Positions 63,337 to 64,000 of a DNA stretch of 64,000 nt are shown here, piece after piece (position 1 is the first letter of the stretch; each line of letters opens with the position of its first letter). The position numbers were made by a program, and so were the translations under genes. The notes beneath the pieces were generated by a model. The model did not search any database. It worked only from the letters and a program-made list of their open reading frames with translations, and was not told where the DNA came from. Source of the stretch: Escherichia phage vB_EcoM-Ro157c2YLVW; the sequence record NC_050153.1; one strand, written 5' to 3'.

Positions 63337-63412
63337 GGCCCTTTAGCTCAGTGGTTAGAGCTGGCGACTCATAATCGCACGGTCACCGGTTCAAGTCCGG
63401 TAGGGGCCACCA
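63337..63412 (+). tRNA. tRNA with CAT anticodon, most like tRNA-Ile2 (lysidine type)
   Basis: GGCCCTT…AGGGGCC acceptor, anticodon loop CTCATAA, T-loop TTCAAGT; near-identical to E. coli ileX as recalled. Confidence 0.75.
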
Positions 63413-63692
63413 TATTTGGTTGTAACACGGCGTCTGGCACATGCGTCGTTAGCGGTCTGGTGACGTTAAAGGGGTAACCTTTCCCCTAGCTCAGGCAACA
63501 AACCAGGTAGCCGGAATGTGCAAGCCCCGTTCATAGCGTCGGACTGCGGATTCACCATCCTGGCGATTCGGTGTGACAGCCGGGAAGAGTCCGGCGCATT
63601 AATCCTGATTTTCTGGTGATGACTCATATCGTTAGGAGTGATTTGAGTATGCCGATTATATCTGACATTCAGCACGCCTGGGTGGAGTGCTA

Positions 63693-64000
63693 ATGTCTGC
63701 ATCCCCTCTTGAATCCATGCCAAATTCCCTTAGTGCAGAACAAGCTGTACTTGGTGGCTTAATGCTTGATAACTGCCGCTGGGATGAAGTTGCAGATCGT
63801 ATAGTTGCTGATGATTTTTATACCAGTGCTCATCGTGAAATTTTCAGTGAGATGGAGAGGTTATTAAGTCATGGCAAACCGATTGATTTGATAACACTTG
63901 CTGAAGCACTTGAACAGAACGGTAAATTAGAACGCGCCGGTGGTTTTGCGTACCTTGCGGAGATGTCAAAGAACACGCCCAGCGCGGCAAATATTTGTGC
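63693..64000 (+). CDS. ban: DnaB-like replicative helicase, N-terminal part (runs off window end)
   Basis: N-terminal DnaB signature …AEQAVLGGLMLDN…ADDFYTSAHREIF…. Confidence 0.85.
   Translation, partial: MSASPLESMPNSLSAEQAVLGGLMLDNCRWDEVADRIVADDFYTSAHREIFSEMERLLSHGKPIDLITLAEALEQNGKLERAGGFAYLAEMSKNTPSAANIC

Overview
The window reads as a contiguous piece of a P1-like phage-plasmid (punavirus type) from an enterobacterium. Calls rest on reading the six-frame translations and the DNA directly; no database search was run, and P1 gene names are recalled from memory and used as hypotheses. Hand-derived coordinates (tRNAs, operators, sites) may be off by 1-2 nt; CDS coordinates follow the ORF track. 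Left to right: a truncated immunity-I-like module (c4-like leader, icd, ant 5' end) on the minus strand; an accessory patch with an EAL-like protein and an AraC regulator; the giant DarB methyltransferase-helicase; portal and protease; SAR endolysin; ssb; a darA-type operon with holin and antiholin; tail fibre, baseplate and tape-measure genes; a second immunity-I module driving ant-kilA-repL; a hok/mok/sok-like locus; sheath and head genes; parS-parB-parA; the iteron-flanked repA replicon; an RdgC homolog; a bifunctional DNA methyltransferase; a tRNA cluster; and the start of a DnaB-like helicase. The two most notable observations are a 341-aa LAGLIDADG intein inserted at the catalytic PCQ motif of the methyltransferase, and two inverted immunity-I modules whose three short antisense/target sites differ by concerted compensatory 4-nt swaps. 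No CRISPR array, integrase or transposase was seen.
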